From: an uncultured SAR86 cluster bacterium
Lineage (GTDB): Bacteria; Pseudomonadota; Gammaproteobacteria; Magnimaribacterales; D2472
Assembly: GCA_902610905.1 (NCBI GenBank)
Contig: CACLXS010000002.1
Location: forward strand, 39,808-103,807
Direction of reading: 5' to 3'
DNA: 64,000 nucleotides
Shown here: positions 36,075-47,076 of the stretch, one piece after another
Numbering within the stretch: position 1 is the first letter of the stretch
Layout of the letters: the number at the start of each line of letters is the position of its first letter
The notes under the pieces: model-generated
Told to the model about the DNA's origin: nothing
What the model saw: only the letters and a program-made list of their open reading frames with translations
The model's database searches: none
Made by a program: the position numbers and the translations under genes

Positions 36075-37374
36075 TTATTGCAATACCTATTGAGCTCATT
36101 ACTTCAATAAAATTAGGAAACGAAGTTAAGATATTTTTACAGTCTTCAACATAGATTCCCTTCTTAGATCTTAAGCTAGCAATAAGAAAACTCATTGCAA
36201 TTCTATGATCACCATGAGAGTCAATTTCAGCCATTACAGATATATCTTCAGAGGAACCAATAATTTTGATTCCATCATGAAATAACTCGTGATGTATATT
36301 TATTTTTTGAAGCCCATCTGATATTGCTTGAAGCCTATCAGATTCCTTAACTCTCAGCTCTTCTGCCTCAGTAATTAATGTTTCTCCTTCAGCAAAAGAT
36401 GCAGCAATACTTATGATTGGAATTTCATCAATTATATTTGGAATAATATCTCCACTTATAACAATACCATGCAACTCTGATGAGACAATATCAATATCTC
36501 CAACCTCTTCATTGGATATAAGACGTTCATTTTTTATTTCTATTTTTGCTCCCATCGACCTTAAGACACTTATTAACCCGCATCTTGTTGGATTAAGTCC
36601 AACATTTTTTATCAGTAAATTTGATTCTTTTGCAATTAAACCAGCAACTATTAAAAATGATGCTGATGAAAAGTCACCAGCTACTTCATATGTTTTTGTT
36701 GGAATTAATTTTGAAGGCATGAGTGTAATTTTATTACCCAGGTGATGTGATTCAGTGTGAATATCTCCATTAAAGTAACTTATCATTCTTTCTGTATGAT
36801 TTCTGGTTGGGTGTTTTTCGATAACAGTTACTTTTTTATTTGCAGCTAAAGCTGCGAGAATAATACTAGATTTAACTTGCGCACTTGCTATAGGCATCTC
36901 GTAAAAAAAATTATCTTTAATTAATCCATCTAAGATTTTTACAGGCGGTTTACCCTCATTACAAGTTACTATTGCACCCATATCATTTAAGGGATTCGCA
37001 ACCCTTAACATCGGGCGCTTTGTTAAAGATTCATCTCCAACAAGAGTTGCTTTAATGCCAAGACTTGAAATTAAACCCATCATTAATCTCATGCCAGTGC
37101 CTGAATTTCCAAGATCAACATTTACAGAAGGATCTTTAAAAGGAATATCTCTTTTTTTTATTGAAACTGAGGTGCCATTAATTTTAATACTGGAGCCTAT
37201 TGCATTTAAAGCATTTGCTGTAGATATTGGATCTTCTCCGTTTAAGAAGCCACTAATTTCAATATCCTCATTTAGAAGCGAACCTATGATTACCGCTCTT
37301 TGAGAAATAGATTTATCACCTGGACACAAAATTTCGCCTGAAATTGAAGGGGTATATTGTGCAACTAAATTCAA
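36064..37374 (-). CDS. aroA: 3-phosphoshikimate 1-carboxyvinyltransferase (EPSP synthase)
   Basis: 436 aa containing PGDKSISQRA, LGNSGTGMRL, KESDRL and DHRIAMSF. Confidence 0.93.
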   Translation of the reverse strand: MNLVAQYTPSISGEILCPGDKSISQRAVIIGSLLNEDIEISGFLNGEDPISTANALNAIGSSIKINGTSVSIKKRDIPFKDPSVNVDLGNSGTGMRLMMGLISSLGIKATLVGDESLTKRPMLRVANPLNDMGAIVTCNEGKPPVKILDGLIKDNFFYEMPIASAQVKSSIILAALAANKKVTVIEKHPTRNHTERMISYFNGDIHTESHHLGNKITLMPSKLIPTKTYEVAGDFSSASFLIVAGLIAKESNLLIKNVGLNPTRCGLISVLRSMGAKIEIKNERLISNEEVGDIDIVSSELHGIVISGDIIPNIIDEIPIISIAASFAEGETLITEAEELRVKESDRLQAISDGLQKINIHHELFHDGIKIIGSSEDISVMAEIDSHGDHRIAMSFLIASLRSKKGIYVEDCKNILTSFPNFIEVMSSIGIAINER

Positions 37375-38246
37375 AACGTATCTTCTTTATATTTTTTGAT
37401 TTCTTCTAGTTCGTTTTTAAGAATGTCTGAATGAGAGAATGAGCTTGGTATCTCTTTAATTTTTGTTATTAATTCTAATAAATTATTTATTGATAATTGG
37501 AAGCTGGCTAATGATTTAATAATATTTTTCTCATTAAGCTCAAATATATCTTTCCACATTTCGGGATTTGATCCGCTCAGTCTTATAAATTCTTTAAGTC
37601 CTCCACCCGCATTATCACCTATGTCTTTTTCAGCCAATCTAATAGAATCGATAAGTGCATATGAAATCAAATGAGGCAAGTGACTTGTCATAGCAAATAA
37701 AAGATCATGTTCTTTAACAGACATTTCGCTTACTCTCATTGAAAGCGCATGCTGCCAGAAATTTTTTATCTTGGTCATATGTGCTTCATTTGCATTATAC
37801 GGATTACAAATGATTGTCTTTTTATTGAGAAATAGTTCTTCATCTATACCGCCAATACCAGACTTATCTGAACCAGCTATGGGATGAGAGAAGATTATAT
37901 TATTGGGTGAGTCAAAGTTAAGTTGATTTTTAACACTTGATGTTTCAGTTATTGTTATTTCTGTGTTCCATAGGTTCTTTAACTCAGAAATCACAACCTG
38001 GGTTGCTCTAGGAGAAACAGCAACTATTAATATATCTATCTTTCCTACTAAACTTTTATCATTTATATCTTTTAAAGATTCAAATGAGTTATCTATGATG
38101 TTTTTATTTAATGCTTCCTCAAGGCTATTTTTATCTTCATCGAAACCGTGAACGACTAATCCTTTATTTTTTGCAGCCTTTGCAAGAGAGGAACCTATTA
38201 AGCCTAGACCAATTACTAATATTTCCTTAGCTGGATTGCTCATCAA
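37371..38246 (-). CDS. tyrA: Prephenate/arogenate dehydrogenase
   Basis: 291 aa with Rossmann VIGLGLIGSSLA, HPIAGS and TSHLPHLISYAL. It sits between hisC and aroA. Confidence 0.88.
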   Translation of the reverse strand: MMSNPAKEILVIGLGLIGSSLAKAAKNKGLVVHGFDEDKNSLEEALNKNIIDNSFESLKDINDKSLVGKIDILIVAVSPRATQVVISELKNLWNTEITITETSSVKNQLNFDSPNNIIFSHPIAGSDKSGIGGIDEELFLNKKTIICNPYNANEAHMTKIKNFWQHALSMRVSEMSVKEHDLLFAMTSHLPHLISYALIDSIRLAEKDIGDNAGGGLKEFIRLSGSNPEMWKDIFELNEKNIIKSLASFQLSINNLLELITKIKEIPSSFSHSDILKNELEEIKKYKEDTF

Positions 38247-39334
38247 GCAAGCTCCTTTAATTTTTTAAGAAAATATAAGTTTTCATCTTCTGTTCCAACT
38301 GTTACACGGATATATTCAGGCATATCGTATAATGCTACAGGCCTTACAATTACTCCCTGCTTCATCAATTCAGTAAATAACTCTTGAGCATTAAAATTGC
38401 CCTTGAAAGAAATAAAATTCCCTTGTGATGGAATGCACTCCATTCCTAAATCAGTAAGTTCTTTAAATAAAAATTCTCGTTGAGAATAATTTAATTCAAT
38501 ACTTTTTGTAATATGTTCTTTATCCAAAATAGCATTGCATGCTGCCTCCTGAGCAATAGCATTAGAATTAAAAGGTTGTCTAATTTTATTTAAAACACCA
38601 ATCAAGTCCTGACATGCAAGACCGTAACCAATTCTTAGACTTGCAAGACCTTGTATTTTTGAAAATGTTTTTGTAATTAATAAATTTTGATATTTATCCA
38701 GCAGTTCATTAATTTTTATATAGTCATCAACCTTAACGTATTCAAAATACGCTAAATCAAGAATTACTAAAATTGAAGGAGATATCTTTTCCATCAATAA
38801 TTCAAATTCTGAATGTGAGTTGTATGTACCTGTTGGATTGTTTGGATTAGCAATAAAACATACTCTAGTATTTTCTTTAGTAGCTGAGGGAAAGCCATCT
38901 AGATCATGCTTCCAGTCTTTTGCTGGGACTTCAATTATTTCTGATCCACATGCTTTAGTTACTATTTTATATACTGCAAATGCATGCTTAGACATAATTG
39001 CACTTGCGTCTTTATTAAGAAATGCTCTTGCTGCAAGTTCTAATATTTCATTAGATCCGTTACCAACAATAATATTTTCAGTCCCAACTGATTCATGGTC
39101 TGCAATTAAAGATTTGAGTTTTTTAGAATCGCCATCAGGATATAAATGCAAATCATTATTCGAAGCTAGTGTTTCAATAGCTTTTGGAGATGGCCCTAGT
39201 GGATTTTCATTACTGGCTAGTTTTACAACTTTATCAGGGTTATATTCTGCAACGACCTCATCTATCGAGCGGCCAGGCTCGTAAGGGTGAAGATCAGATA
39301 TTCCTTCATTGAGATAATTTAAAAGTTTACTCAT
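38243..39334 (-). CDS. hisC: Histidinol-phosphate / aromatic aminotransferase
   Basis: 363 aa containing KLASNENPLGPSP, NPNNPTG, TFSKIQGLASLRIGY and RVTVG. Confidence 0.88.
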   Translation of the reverse strand: MSKLLNYLNEGISDLHPYEPGRSIDEVVAEYNPDKVVKLASNENPLGPSPKAIETLASNNDLHLYPDGDSKKLKSLIADHESVGTENIIVGNGSNEILELAARAFLNKDASAIMSKHAFAVYKIVTKACGSEIIEVPAKDWKHDLDGFPSATKENTRVCFIANPNNPTGTYNSHSEFELLMEKISPSILVILDLAYFEYVKVDDYIKINELLDKYQNLLITKTFSKIQGLASLRIGYGLACQDLIGVLNKIRQPFNSNAIAQEAACNAILDKEHITKSIELNYSQREFLFKELTDLGMECIPSQGNFISFKGNFNAQELFTELMKQGVIVRPVALYDMPEYIRVTVGTEDENLYFLKKLKELA

Positions 39335-40419
39335 ACATGTTGTGGATACGATCCTAATATTCGTACCAAAGAACCTGTTGTTTTAACTTCTTTTATTGCC
39401 AGTCTAAGCTTTTGATCATTTTGATGACCTTCACAGTCAATGAAAAAATCATGAGAATTAATATTTCCTCTCGATGGTCGTGTTTCAATCTTGCTTAAAT
39501 TAATTTTTCTTTTTTCAAAAGGCCTAAGAATATTTATTAAAGCTCCTGGGGTATTCGTGGTCTGAATTAAAAATGAAGTTTTATCTTTTCCAGTTGAAGC
39601 TAAATCATTTTGACCAATAACTAGAAATCTAGTTTTGTTATCTGAATAATCTTGAATATCTTTTTTCTGAAATCTTAGCTTATATTTTTCAACAGCAAGA
39701 GAATTGACTATACATAAAATATTCTTGTTTTCTTTTGCGTATTTAGCAGCAACTGCAGAGCTTGGCATTTCTAACCGTTTGATTGAACCAATATTTTTTT
39801 CTATCCATTTGTTACATTGGCCTAGAGCTTGAGGGTGTGACGCGATTGCAAAAGCATCTTTAATATCAAATTTATTACCAGATGCTAGCTGATGATTGAT
39901 ATCTAGATATATTTCACCGATTATAGAAAGAGAATCATTGTCTGCTAAACAATTTAATGTTGTATTAATAACTCCTTCAGAAGAATTTTCTACGGGCACA
40001 ACACCTATATCTGCTTCCCCTTTTAAAACTTGATGAAAAACATCATCAATAGTTGGTGATGGGATTCTGGAAACTAAAGATCCAAAGTGACCATGAACTG
40101 CAGCTTCTGAATGAGTTCCCTCAGGACCCAAATAGGAAATTCTTAAAGCCTCTTCTAATGAGAGACATCCTGAAATAAGTTCTTTATAGATAGTTCTCAC
40201 TTTCTCATTAGAAAGGGCCCCTTTTTCATTTGCTTTAAGTATGTTCCTAAGAATAGTAGCTTCTCTATCTGGTTTGTAAAAAGAGGTGTTGGGGCTAATT
40301 TTTGATTTAATTTTTCCTATGCTAACTGCAAGAGCTGCTCTTTTTTGTATAAGTTTTAAAAGGTCTTTATCGATTTTATCTATTTTTGACCTTAAAGATT
40401 TTAAGTTTTCCTTAGACAT
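39331..40419 (-). CDS. pheA: Bifunctional chorismate mutase / prephenate dehydratase (P-protein)
   Basis: 362 aa with an N-terminal CM domain (LRSKIDKIDKDLLKLIQKRA), then PDT (YLGPEGTHSE...VPVENSSEGV), a TRF motif and an ACT domain (ESRP-like IETRPSR). Confidence 0.92.
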   Translation of the reverse strand: MSKENLKSLRSKIDKIDKDLLKLIQKRAALAVSIGKIKSKISPNTSFYKPDREATILRNILKANEKGALSNEKVRTIYKELISGCLSLEEALRISYLGPEGTHSEAAVHGHFGSLVSRIPSPTIDDVFHQVLKGEADIGVVPVENSSEGVINTTLNCLADNDSLSIIGEIYLDINHQLASGNKFDIKDAFAIASHPQALGQCNKWIEKNIGSIKRLEMPSSAVAAKYAKENKNILCIVNSLAVEKYKLRFQKKDIQDYSDNKTRFLVIGQNDLASTGKDKTSFLIQTTNTPGALINILRPFEKRKINLSKIETRPSRGNINSHDFFIDCEGHQNDQKLRLAIKEVKTTGSLVRILGSYPQHV

Positions 40420-40425
40420 TTTTAG

Positions 40426-41499
40426 TTAGCCATATTTAGCTTCAAAGACTTTCATAAAGTCTACAAGCTCGTTAATTCCCTCTAAAGGCATTGCATTATA
40501 TATGCTTGCTCTCATTCCGCCAACAGATCTATGGCCTTTGAGGTTTAATAATCCATTATCTTCAGATTCTTTCAAGAATACGCTATCTAGATCATTATCA
40601 GCAAGTATAAAAGGAACGTTCATAATAGACCTATTTTCAATCTTAACTGGATTTGAATAAAAATCTGAGTTGTCTATGTAGTTATAAAGAGTTGATGCTT
40701 TTAAATGATTTTGTTCTTTGAAAAACTCTAAACCGCCTGACTGCTTTATCCATTTGAAAACTTTTCCTGCCATATACCATGCAAAGGTTGGTGGCGTATT
40801 TAACATAGAATCAGATTCTGAGTGTTTGGAGTATCTTAATATATTCGGCAAATTTTCATTTTCTAGTTCCATTAAGTCCTTTTTAATAAGGACCATAGTC
40901 AGGCCTGCTGGTCCAATATTTTTTTGAGCTCCTGCATAAATTAATGAAAATTTAGATACATCTAGAGGCTCACTTAATATAACTGATGACATGTCAGCAA
41001 TTAAGTGGTTGTTTGTATCTGGGGCTTTATGTATTGCAACTCCTTGAATGGTTTCATTAGGGCAATAATGAACATATGCAGAGTCCTCTGAATATTTCCA
41101 ATTCTCTTCAGACGGAGCATATGAAAAGCCATGATTTTCTGAAGAGGCAATAGTGTTTACATTAGTTAATTTAGATGCTTCTGCAATTGCTTTTTTAGAC
41201 CACGAGCCTGATAAAACATAATCAGCATTATTGTTATGAGCAAAATTTAATGGAACCATAGAAAATTGATGCGTTGCTCCTCCCTGAAGAAAAAGAACTT
41301 CATGTGATGATGGAATATTTAAGATATCTATGAAATCTTGTTTTGCGTCTACAGCAACACCGTCATAGATTTTTGATCTATGACTCATTTCCATAATTGA
41401 CATGCCTGAGTCACCCCATTCTAGTAGCTCATCTTTTACTTCAGACAGTACCTGTTCAGATATGACAGCGGGGCCAGCGCAGAAATTCCACTTACGCAT
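40426..41499 (-). CDS. serC: Phosphoserine aminotransferase
   Basis: 357 aa containing NFCAGPA, EMSHRSK, GAQKNIGPAG and GHRSVGGMRASIYNA. Confidence 0.93.
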   Translation of the reverse strand: MRKWNFCAGPAVISEQVLSEVKDELLEWGDSGMSIMEMSHRSKIYDGVAVDAKQDFIDILNIPSSHEVLFLQGGATHQFSMVPLNFAHNNNADYVLSGSWSKKAIAEASKLTNVNTIASSENHGFSYAPSEENWKYSEDSAYVHYCPNETIQGVAIHKAPDTNNHLIADMSSVILSEPLDVSKFSLIYAGAQKNIGPAGLTMVLIKKDLMELENENLPNILRYSKHSESDSMLNTPPTFAWYMAGKVFKWIKQSGGLEFFKEQNHLKASTLYNYIDNSDFYSNPVKIENRSIMNVPFILADNDLDSVFLKESEDNGLLNLKGHRSVGGMRASIYNAMPLEGINELVDFMKVFEAKYG

Positions 41500-44054
41500 T
41501 ATCCGTCCTCTTCGTTATCTTCGTTATCTTCGTTTGGAATTGTTACACATTCGATGAGTTTTTCTCCTTCCTTTGGAGTAATAACTTTAACACCTTGTGT
41601 ATTTCTGCTTAATGTAGGTACTTGTGAAACACTTGTTCTAATCATGGTTCCTTTGTCACTAATTAACATTATTCCATCTTCATCTTCTACCAATGCTGCT
41701 GAAACCATAGAGCCATTTCTTTCACTGGTTTTCATTGAAATAACTCCTTGCCCGCCTCTATTGTGTGAAGGAAAATCATCTAAAGCAGTTTTTTTACCAT
41801 ATCCATTTTCAGAAACACACAATATAGTTTTTTCTGGATCAGCAATCATCAGAGAAATTAGTTTTTCATTTTTTTTAAGTTTAATCCCTCTGACACCTCT
41901 TGCAGTTCTGCCCATTGGCCTAACATGTGATTCATTAAATCTAATTAATTTTCCAGATGATGATGCTAATAGAATTTCATTATCTCCTGAAGTAATTGCT
42001 GTACCAACAAGCTTGTCATTCTCGTCTAAATTTATTGCTTTAATTCCTGATTTATATTTTTTAGAAAACAAACTTAGGTTTGTCTTTTTAGTAGTACCAT
42101 TTCTAGTAGCCATGAAAACAAACTGATCATCTGAAAACTCACTTACCGGAAGAATATCACTTACAGATTCATCATCGTCAAGATTTAACATGTTTACTAA
42201 AGGTCTTCCTTTCGAGGTTCTAGAGGCCACGGGAATTTCATAAACTTTTAACCAAAAAACTTTACCTTTAGTTGTAAAACATAAAATTTGCATATGACTG
42301 CTAAGTACATAAAGATTCTGAATTAAATCCTCTTCTTTTACAGCAGCTGCAGCTTTACCTTGTCCTCCTCTTCTCTGCTCTCTATATTCGTCGAGAGGTT
42401 GAGTTTTTGCATATCCACTTCTTGATACAGTTAAAACTCTCATCTCCTCAGGTATAAGATCCTCGTTAGTTATCCCTCTTCTTGTATCATTAATTAAAGT
42501 TCTTCTTTCGTCTCCAAAATTAGTTTTTACCTCTTCAAGCTCTTCTATCATCAAATTCTTTAGTGTCTCTTTGTCATCTAATATTTTTTGAAGATCTATA
42601 ATTTTTGCAACTATGTCAGAAAATTCATTACTTAAATTATCTTGCTCTAAACCAGTTAGTCTTCCCAATCTTAGTTCTAAAATTGCTTTTGCTTGATCAG
42701 GAGAAAGTTTATATTTTTTGCCATTGATACCAAGATCTTTGCTAAGGCCCTTAGGCTTGCATGCATCTTTACCAACTTTTTTAAGAATAGCCTCAACTGG
42801 TCCCGCTTTCCAAACTTTTTTACACAGAGCATCAGCAGCTAATTTTGGATCTTTTGACTTCTTAATAATTGTTATAACTTCATCAATATTAGCTATAGCA
42901 ACCATAAGTCCCTCAACAATGTGACCTCTATCCTTAGCCTTTTTTAAATCGTATTTTGTACGTTTAGTTATGATGTCCTTTCGATGCTTAATGAAAGCTA
43001 CGAGCATTTCTTTTAGATTTACTTCCTTTGGCTGTCCATCAACTAAAACGGTAAAATTGATACCAAATGATTGTTCTAATTGAGTTTGTGCAAAAAGGTT
43101 ATTTTCTAAAACCTCTACAGAATCTCCTTTTCTTACTTCAATGACGACTCGCAACCCATCCTTATCAGACTCATCTCTTATTTCTGTAATTCCTTCTATC
43201 TTTTTCTCTTTGACTAATTCAGCAATTTTTTCAAGCATCTTAGCTTTATTAACCATAAAGGGAATTTCATTGATTATGAGCGATTGTTTGCCTGATTTCT
43301 CATCTTCTTCAATGGAAGTATTAGATCTAATGTGAATAATACCTCTTCCAGTCTTGTAGGCTTCATATATGCCAGCTTTTCCGTCAATTGTTCCACCCGT
43401 TGGAAAATCCGGACCGGAGATATCTTTAATAAGATCATCAATGGAAAGCTTAGGGTCATTTATTAAGTTAACGCTTGCATTAAGAACTTCAGTAAGATTA
43501 TGCGGCGGAATATTTGTAGCCATACCCACAGCTATACCCGATGAACCATTTACTAAGAGATTTGGAATTTTTGTAGGTAAAACATCAGGAATAAATTCAC
43601 TTCCATCATAGTTTGGTGAATACGAGACTGTTTCTTTTTCAATATCTCCATACATCTGATCAGTGATCTTCGCCATCCTTACTTCTGTATATCTCATCGC
43701 AGCAGGTGGATCACCGTCTATTGAACCAAAATTTCCCTGCCCCTCAACTATCGGATATCTCATTGAAAAATCTTGAGCCATTCTAACCATTGCGTCATAT
43801 ACAGCACTATCGCCATGAGGGTGATATTTACCAATAACATCACCAACTACTCTCGCTGATTTTTTATAGGGTTTGTTGTAAGAATTTTTAAGATCATACA
43901 TCGCATATAAAATACGTCTGTGAACTGGTTTTAAGCCATCTCTTATATCTGGGAGAGCTCTTCCATGAATAACGCTAAGAGCATAACTTAGATAAGATTG
44001 CTTAAGCTCATCTTCAATATTTACTGAAATTATTTCTTTTGCGAAGTCACTCAT
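41499..44054 (-). CDS. gyrA: DNA gyrase subunit A
   Basis: 851 aa containing [33 protein letters not shown]-terminal beta-pinwheel repeats and an acidic tail. Confidence 0.96.
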   Translation of the reverse strand: MSDFAKEIISVNIEDELKQSYLSYALSVIHGRALPDIRDGLKPVHRRILYAMYDLKNSYNKPYKKSARVVGDVIGKYHPHGDSAVYDAMVRMAQDFSMRYPIVEGQGNFGSIDGDPPAAMRYTEVRMAKITDQMYGDIEKETVSYSPNYDGSEFIPDVLPTKIPNLLVNGSSGIAVGMATNIPPHNLTEVLNASVNLINDPKLSIDDLIKDISGPDFPTGGTIDGKAGIYEAYKTGRGIIHIRSNTSIEEDEKSGKQSLIINEIPFMVNKAKMLEKIAELVKEKKIEGITEIRDESDKDGLRVVIEVRKGDSVEVLENNLFAQTQLEQSFGINFTVLVDGQPKEVNLKEMLVAFIKHRKDIITKRTKYDLKKAKDRGHIVEGLMVAIANIDEVITIIKKSKDPKLAADALCKKVWKAGPVEAILKKVGKDACKPKGLSKDLGINGKKYKLSPDQAKAILELRLGRLTGLEQDNLSNEFSDIVAKIIDLQKILDDKETLKNLMIEELEEVKTNFGDERRTLINDTRRGITNEDLIPEEMRVLTVSRSGYAKTQPLDEYREQRRGGQGKAAAAVKEEDLIQNLYVLSSHMQILCFTTKGKVFWLKVYEIPVASRTSKGRPLVNMLNLDDDESVSDILPVSEFSDDQFVFMATRNGTTKKTNLSLFSKKYKSGIKAINLDENDKLVGTAITSGDNEILLASSSGKLIRFNESHVRPMGRTARGVRGIKLKKNEKLISLMIADPEKTILCVSENGYGKKTALDDFPSHNRGGQGVISMKTSERNGSMVSAALVEDEDGIMLISDKGTMIRTSVSQVPTLSRNTQGVKVITPKEGEKLIECVTIPNEDNEDNEEDG

Positions 44055-44124
44055 ATGCTATGTATTTTTGATGTAAAAAAAAGTCCCTAATTTAGGGTAT
44101 ATTTTAGCATATTTTATGTAGTAA

Positions 44125-45504
44125 TTAGTCTTTAAATTCGGAAACTAAGCCACCAATTGACTCTTTTGCATCACCGAATAACATTCTAGTATTTTGTTTA
44201 AAAAATAATGGATTTTGAACACCTGCAAAGCCTGAAGACATTGATCTTTTTAGAACAAAAACTGTTTTTGCGTTATGTACTTCAATGATTGGCATTCCAT
44301 ATATCGGGCTACCTGGCTCCTCAGTGGCAGAGGGGTTAACAACATCATTAGCGCCAATAACTACAGCTACATCGACTGAGTCCATAATTGGATTAACATC
44401 ATCGGGTTCAGCTAAAACATCGTAAGGAACATTTGCTTCTGCTAATAAGACATTCATATGGCCTGGCATTCTACCTGCAACAGGATGTATGCCATATTTT
44501 ACTTCTGTACCATTTTCTTCAAGTAACTCACCCAGCTCTCTAACTACATGCTGAGCTTGAGCAACAGCCATGCCGTAACCAGGAATAATTAATACTGAGC
44601 TTGCACTCTCTAAAATTAAAAATGCATCAGCAACATTAATTGGGCTTACTTCACCCTGCTCTTCTGATGATGAACCTTTAGATACGCTAGCGTAACCAAC
44701 GAATAAAATATTGTTGATAGATCTATTCATTGCTTTTGCCATTATCACTGTAAGAATAAGTCCACTTGCACCTACAAGTGACCCAGCAACAATTAAAACA
44801 TTATTTAATAGCAAAAGACCGGCAAATGCAGCAGCAATTCCTGAAAATGAATTTAACAAAGATATAACTACTGGCATATCGCCGCCTCCAATAGGCAAAA
44901 CGAAACCTATACCACCAAGAAGAGTAATCGCTAGCAGCACTGTAAAGAAATTAAAGCCTAATTCAGGCAAAAATGGCAGCAAGATACTAAAAATTAAAAA
45001 TAATATTGATCCATAAAAAATAGTAGTAAAAATTTTTGTGACAATAGAAGTTTTAGCTACTTTTAATTTTTCAGATAACTTTCCATAAGCTATCAAGCTC
45101 CCTGTAAAGGTAACGCCTCCAATGTATAATGTGACCATGACCAATAAATACTGGAAATAATTATCTGGAATTGAGTTATATTCAGACCATGCAATTAAAA
45201 ATGTTGCCAGTCCACCAAAACCATTAAATAAAGCTACCATTTCAGGTATTGAAGTCATCTTCACTTTTAATGCTATTGTTGAACCAATAATAGCCCCAAG
45301 TAAAATACCACCAAGTAATATAACTGGATCAACTATAAAGATAATAGTTGCTAAAACAGCAATAAACATTGCAAAAGCTGACAAGAAGTTACCTTTTACA
45401 GCTGTGTCCTCTTTACCGAGCATTTTAATACCTGATATAAAAAGAATAGAAGCAACAATATAAATGATATTTTGTATTGCAGTTATGTCTTCAAAAATAC
45501 TCAT
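44125..45504 (-). CDS. pntB: NAD(P) transhydrogenase beta subunit
   Basis: 459 aa with a polytopic N-terminus and a C-terminal dIII domain (PGYGMAVAQAQH...HPVAGRMPGHMNVLLAEA...GANDVVNP). Confidence 0.93.
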   Translation of the reverse strand: MSIFEDITAIQNIIYIVASILFISGIKMLGKEDTAVKGNFLSAFAMFIAVLATIIFIVDPVILLGGILLGAIIGSTIALKVKMTSIPEMVALFNGFGGLATFLIAWSEYNSIPDNYFQYLLVMVTLYIGGVTFTGSLIAYGKLSEKLKVAKTSIVTKIFTTIFYGSILFLIFSILLPFLPELGFNFFTVLLAITLLGGIGFVLPIGGGDMPVVISLLNSFSGIAAAFAGLLLLNNVLIVAGSLVGASGLILTVIMAKAMNRSINNILFVGYASVSKGSSSEEQGEVSPINVADAFLILESASSVLIIPGYGMAVAQAQHVVRELGELLEENGTEVKYGIHPVAGRMPGHMNVLLAEANVPYDVLAEPDDVNPIMDSVDVAVVIGANDVVNPSATEEPGSPIYGMPIIEVHNAKTVFVLKRSMSSGFAGVQNPLFFKQNTRMLFGDAKESIGGLVSEFKD

Positions 45505-45506
45505 AA

Positions 45507-45797
45507 CTATTTCTTCTTAAACATTTTCAGCATTCTATTAGTAACAAGATATCCACCAAATACGTTAATTGAAGCAAAAAGGACAGCTAAAAAAGCTATT
45601 GCGCTTTGAAGATTTGAATCTGTTGACAAGACTAAAGCTCCTACCAATGCAATACCTGAAATAGCGTTTGCTCCAGACATTAAAGGAGTATGAAGAGTAC
45701 TTGGCACTTTTGATATTAACTCTAGGCCCAAATAAATAGAAAGGATAAGAACGAAACCTAATAAAGCATATATTTCCATGTTACTGGAACCTCTCAT
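45507..45797 (-). CDS. pntA: NAD(P) transhydrogenase alpha subunit, part 2 (membrane dII fragment)
   Basis: 96 aa (90 aa from the alternative start at Met7, ATG 45779) with three TM helices. It lies between pntAA and pntB. Confidence 0.85.
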   Translation of the reverse strand: MRGSSNMEIYALLGFVLILSIYLGLELISKVPSTLHTPLMSGANAISGIALVGALVLSTDSNLQSAIAFLAVLFASINVFGGYLVTNRMLKMFKKK

Positions 45798-46899
45798 TTA
45801 AAATTTTACTATTAAATACAATGACGCTGCTTTTAATGATCTCGTCATCGAAATCAAAGTTGATCGAACTTTCTTCTTTGTTAAAAAAATCTGTAATCCA
45901 ATGATTAAAATTATTTGATAGTGCTAAAGATGCGTGATTGGAAACCGAAGACGCTAAGTTGGAAATACCAATAATTTTCACACCATTTTTAATTACTAAT
46001 TCATCGGCCACAGATTCTTCAACATTACCACCTGATTCAACAGCCATATCAAAAATTACACTACCAGGTTTCATTTTTTCTATCGTAGCAGTATCAATCA
46101 ATTTTGGTGCCGGTCTTCCGAATAATTGTGCAGTTGTAATAACAATGTCAGACCTTGCACAAACATCAGCTTGCAAATCTTTTTGTTTTTGAACCTGTTC
46201 TGGTGTTAACTCTTTTGCATAGCCTTGATCTGTCTGGCCTGTTTCTCCAAGATCGATTTTTATAAATTTAGCTCCTAAAGATTGTACCTGTTCTTCTACA
46301 ACATCTCTTGTATCAAAAGCATCAACTCTGGCACCAAGCCTTTTTGCTGTTGCAATAGCTTGAAGGCCAGCAACTCCAACGCCAATTACAAAAACTCTTG
46401 CGGGCTTTAAAGTACCAGCAGCCGTCATCATCATTGGAAGAGCTGTAGATAAATGTTTAGCTGATTCTATAACTGCAGCATAACCTGCAAGATTTGCTTG
46501 TGAGCTAAGTACATCCATTTTTTGTGCTCTGGTAATTCTTGGAATAAACTCCATGCTAACTAAATTAATGTTATTTGCTGCACAAGCATTTATTAACTCT
46601 TGATTTGAAAATGGACTGACCATTCCAATTAATGTTGAGCCTTTTTTCATAGATGATATTTCTTCTACTGAAATTGGTTGATTGGTAATCAGTAAATCTG
46701 ATTTTTCAATGCACTCGGGCCTTGAAAAACTTTTGAGGCCAAGGTTCTCAAAAACGCTATCGTCTGAATTTATACCCTCTCCAATGCCACACTCAAAATT
46801 TATTTCAGCTTTTAGGCTCGTTAAAGTACTAATAGTATCTGGGTGGATTGGTGACCTGTGATCTTTTGGGTCAATAGATTTTAATGCTGAAATAATCAC
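45781..46899 (-). CDS. pntA: NAD(P) transhydrogenase alpha subunit, part 1 (dI, alanine-dehydrogenase-like)
   Basis: 372 aa containing SSQANLAGY and VIGVGVAGLQAIATAKRLGA, plus a dI fold pattern. Confidence 0.9.
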   Translation of the reverse strand: MIISALKSIDPKDHRSPIHPDTISTLTSLKAEINFECGIGEGINSDDSVFENLGLKSFSRPECIEKSDLLITNQPISVEEISSMKKGSTLIGMVSPFSNQELINACAANNINLVSMEFIPRITRAQKMDVLSSQANLAGYAAVIESAKHLSTALPMMMTAAGTLKPARVFVIGVGVAGLQAIATAKRLGARVDAFDTRDVVEEQVQSLGAKFIKIDLGETGQTDQGYAKELTPEQVQKQKDLQADVCARSDIVITTAQLFGRPAPKLIDTATIEKMKPGSVIFDMAVESGGNVEESVADELVIKNGVKIIGISNLASSVSNHASLALSNNFNHWITDFFNKEESSINFDFDDEIIKSSVIVFNSKILNERFQ

Positions 46900-47076
46900 T
46901 ATTATTTTTTAGAATTTGTATGTAGTGAAGTAAAACGTAATAAAAATAAAAAGTCAATTTAATTAAAATATACCCAATTTTAATTGATTAAAGCACTTTT
47001 TAAACTGTAGTTTTGCTACACATAGTTAATTTTCTGCCCTATGTCTAAATAGTTCTATTAAGGGTAAAATTCTCTC

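Noticed and set aside
44075-44097. A possible rho-independent terminator after pntB. On the minus strand it reads CCCTAAATTAGGG followed by ACTTTTTTTT.
   Set aside because: The stem is only 4-6 bp of which 3 are G:C, with a tiny loop. The T-run ends only about 20 nt before the gyrA start codon, leaving no room for a gyrA promoter. This is too weak to call as a feature, although it might be a partial attenuator.
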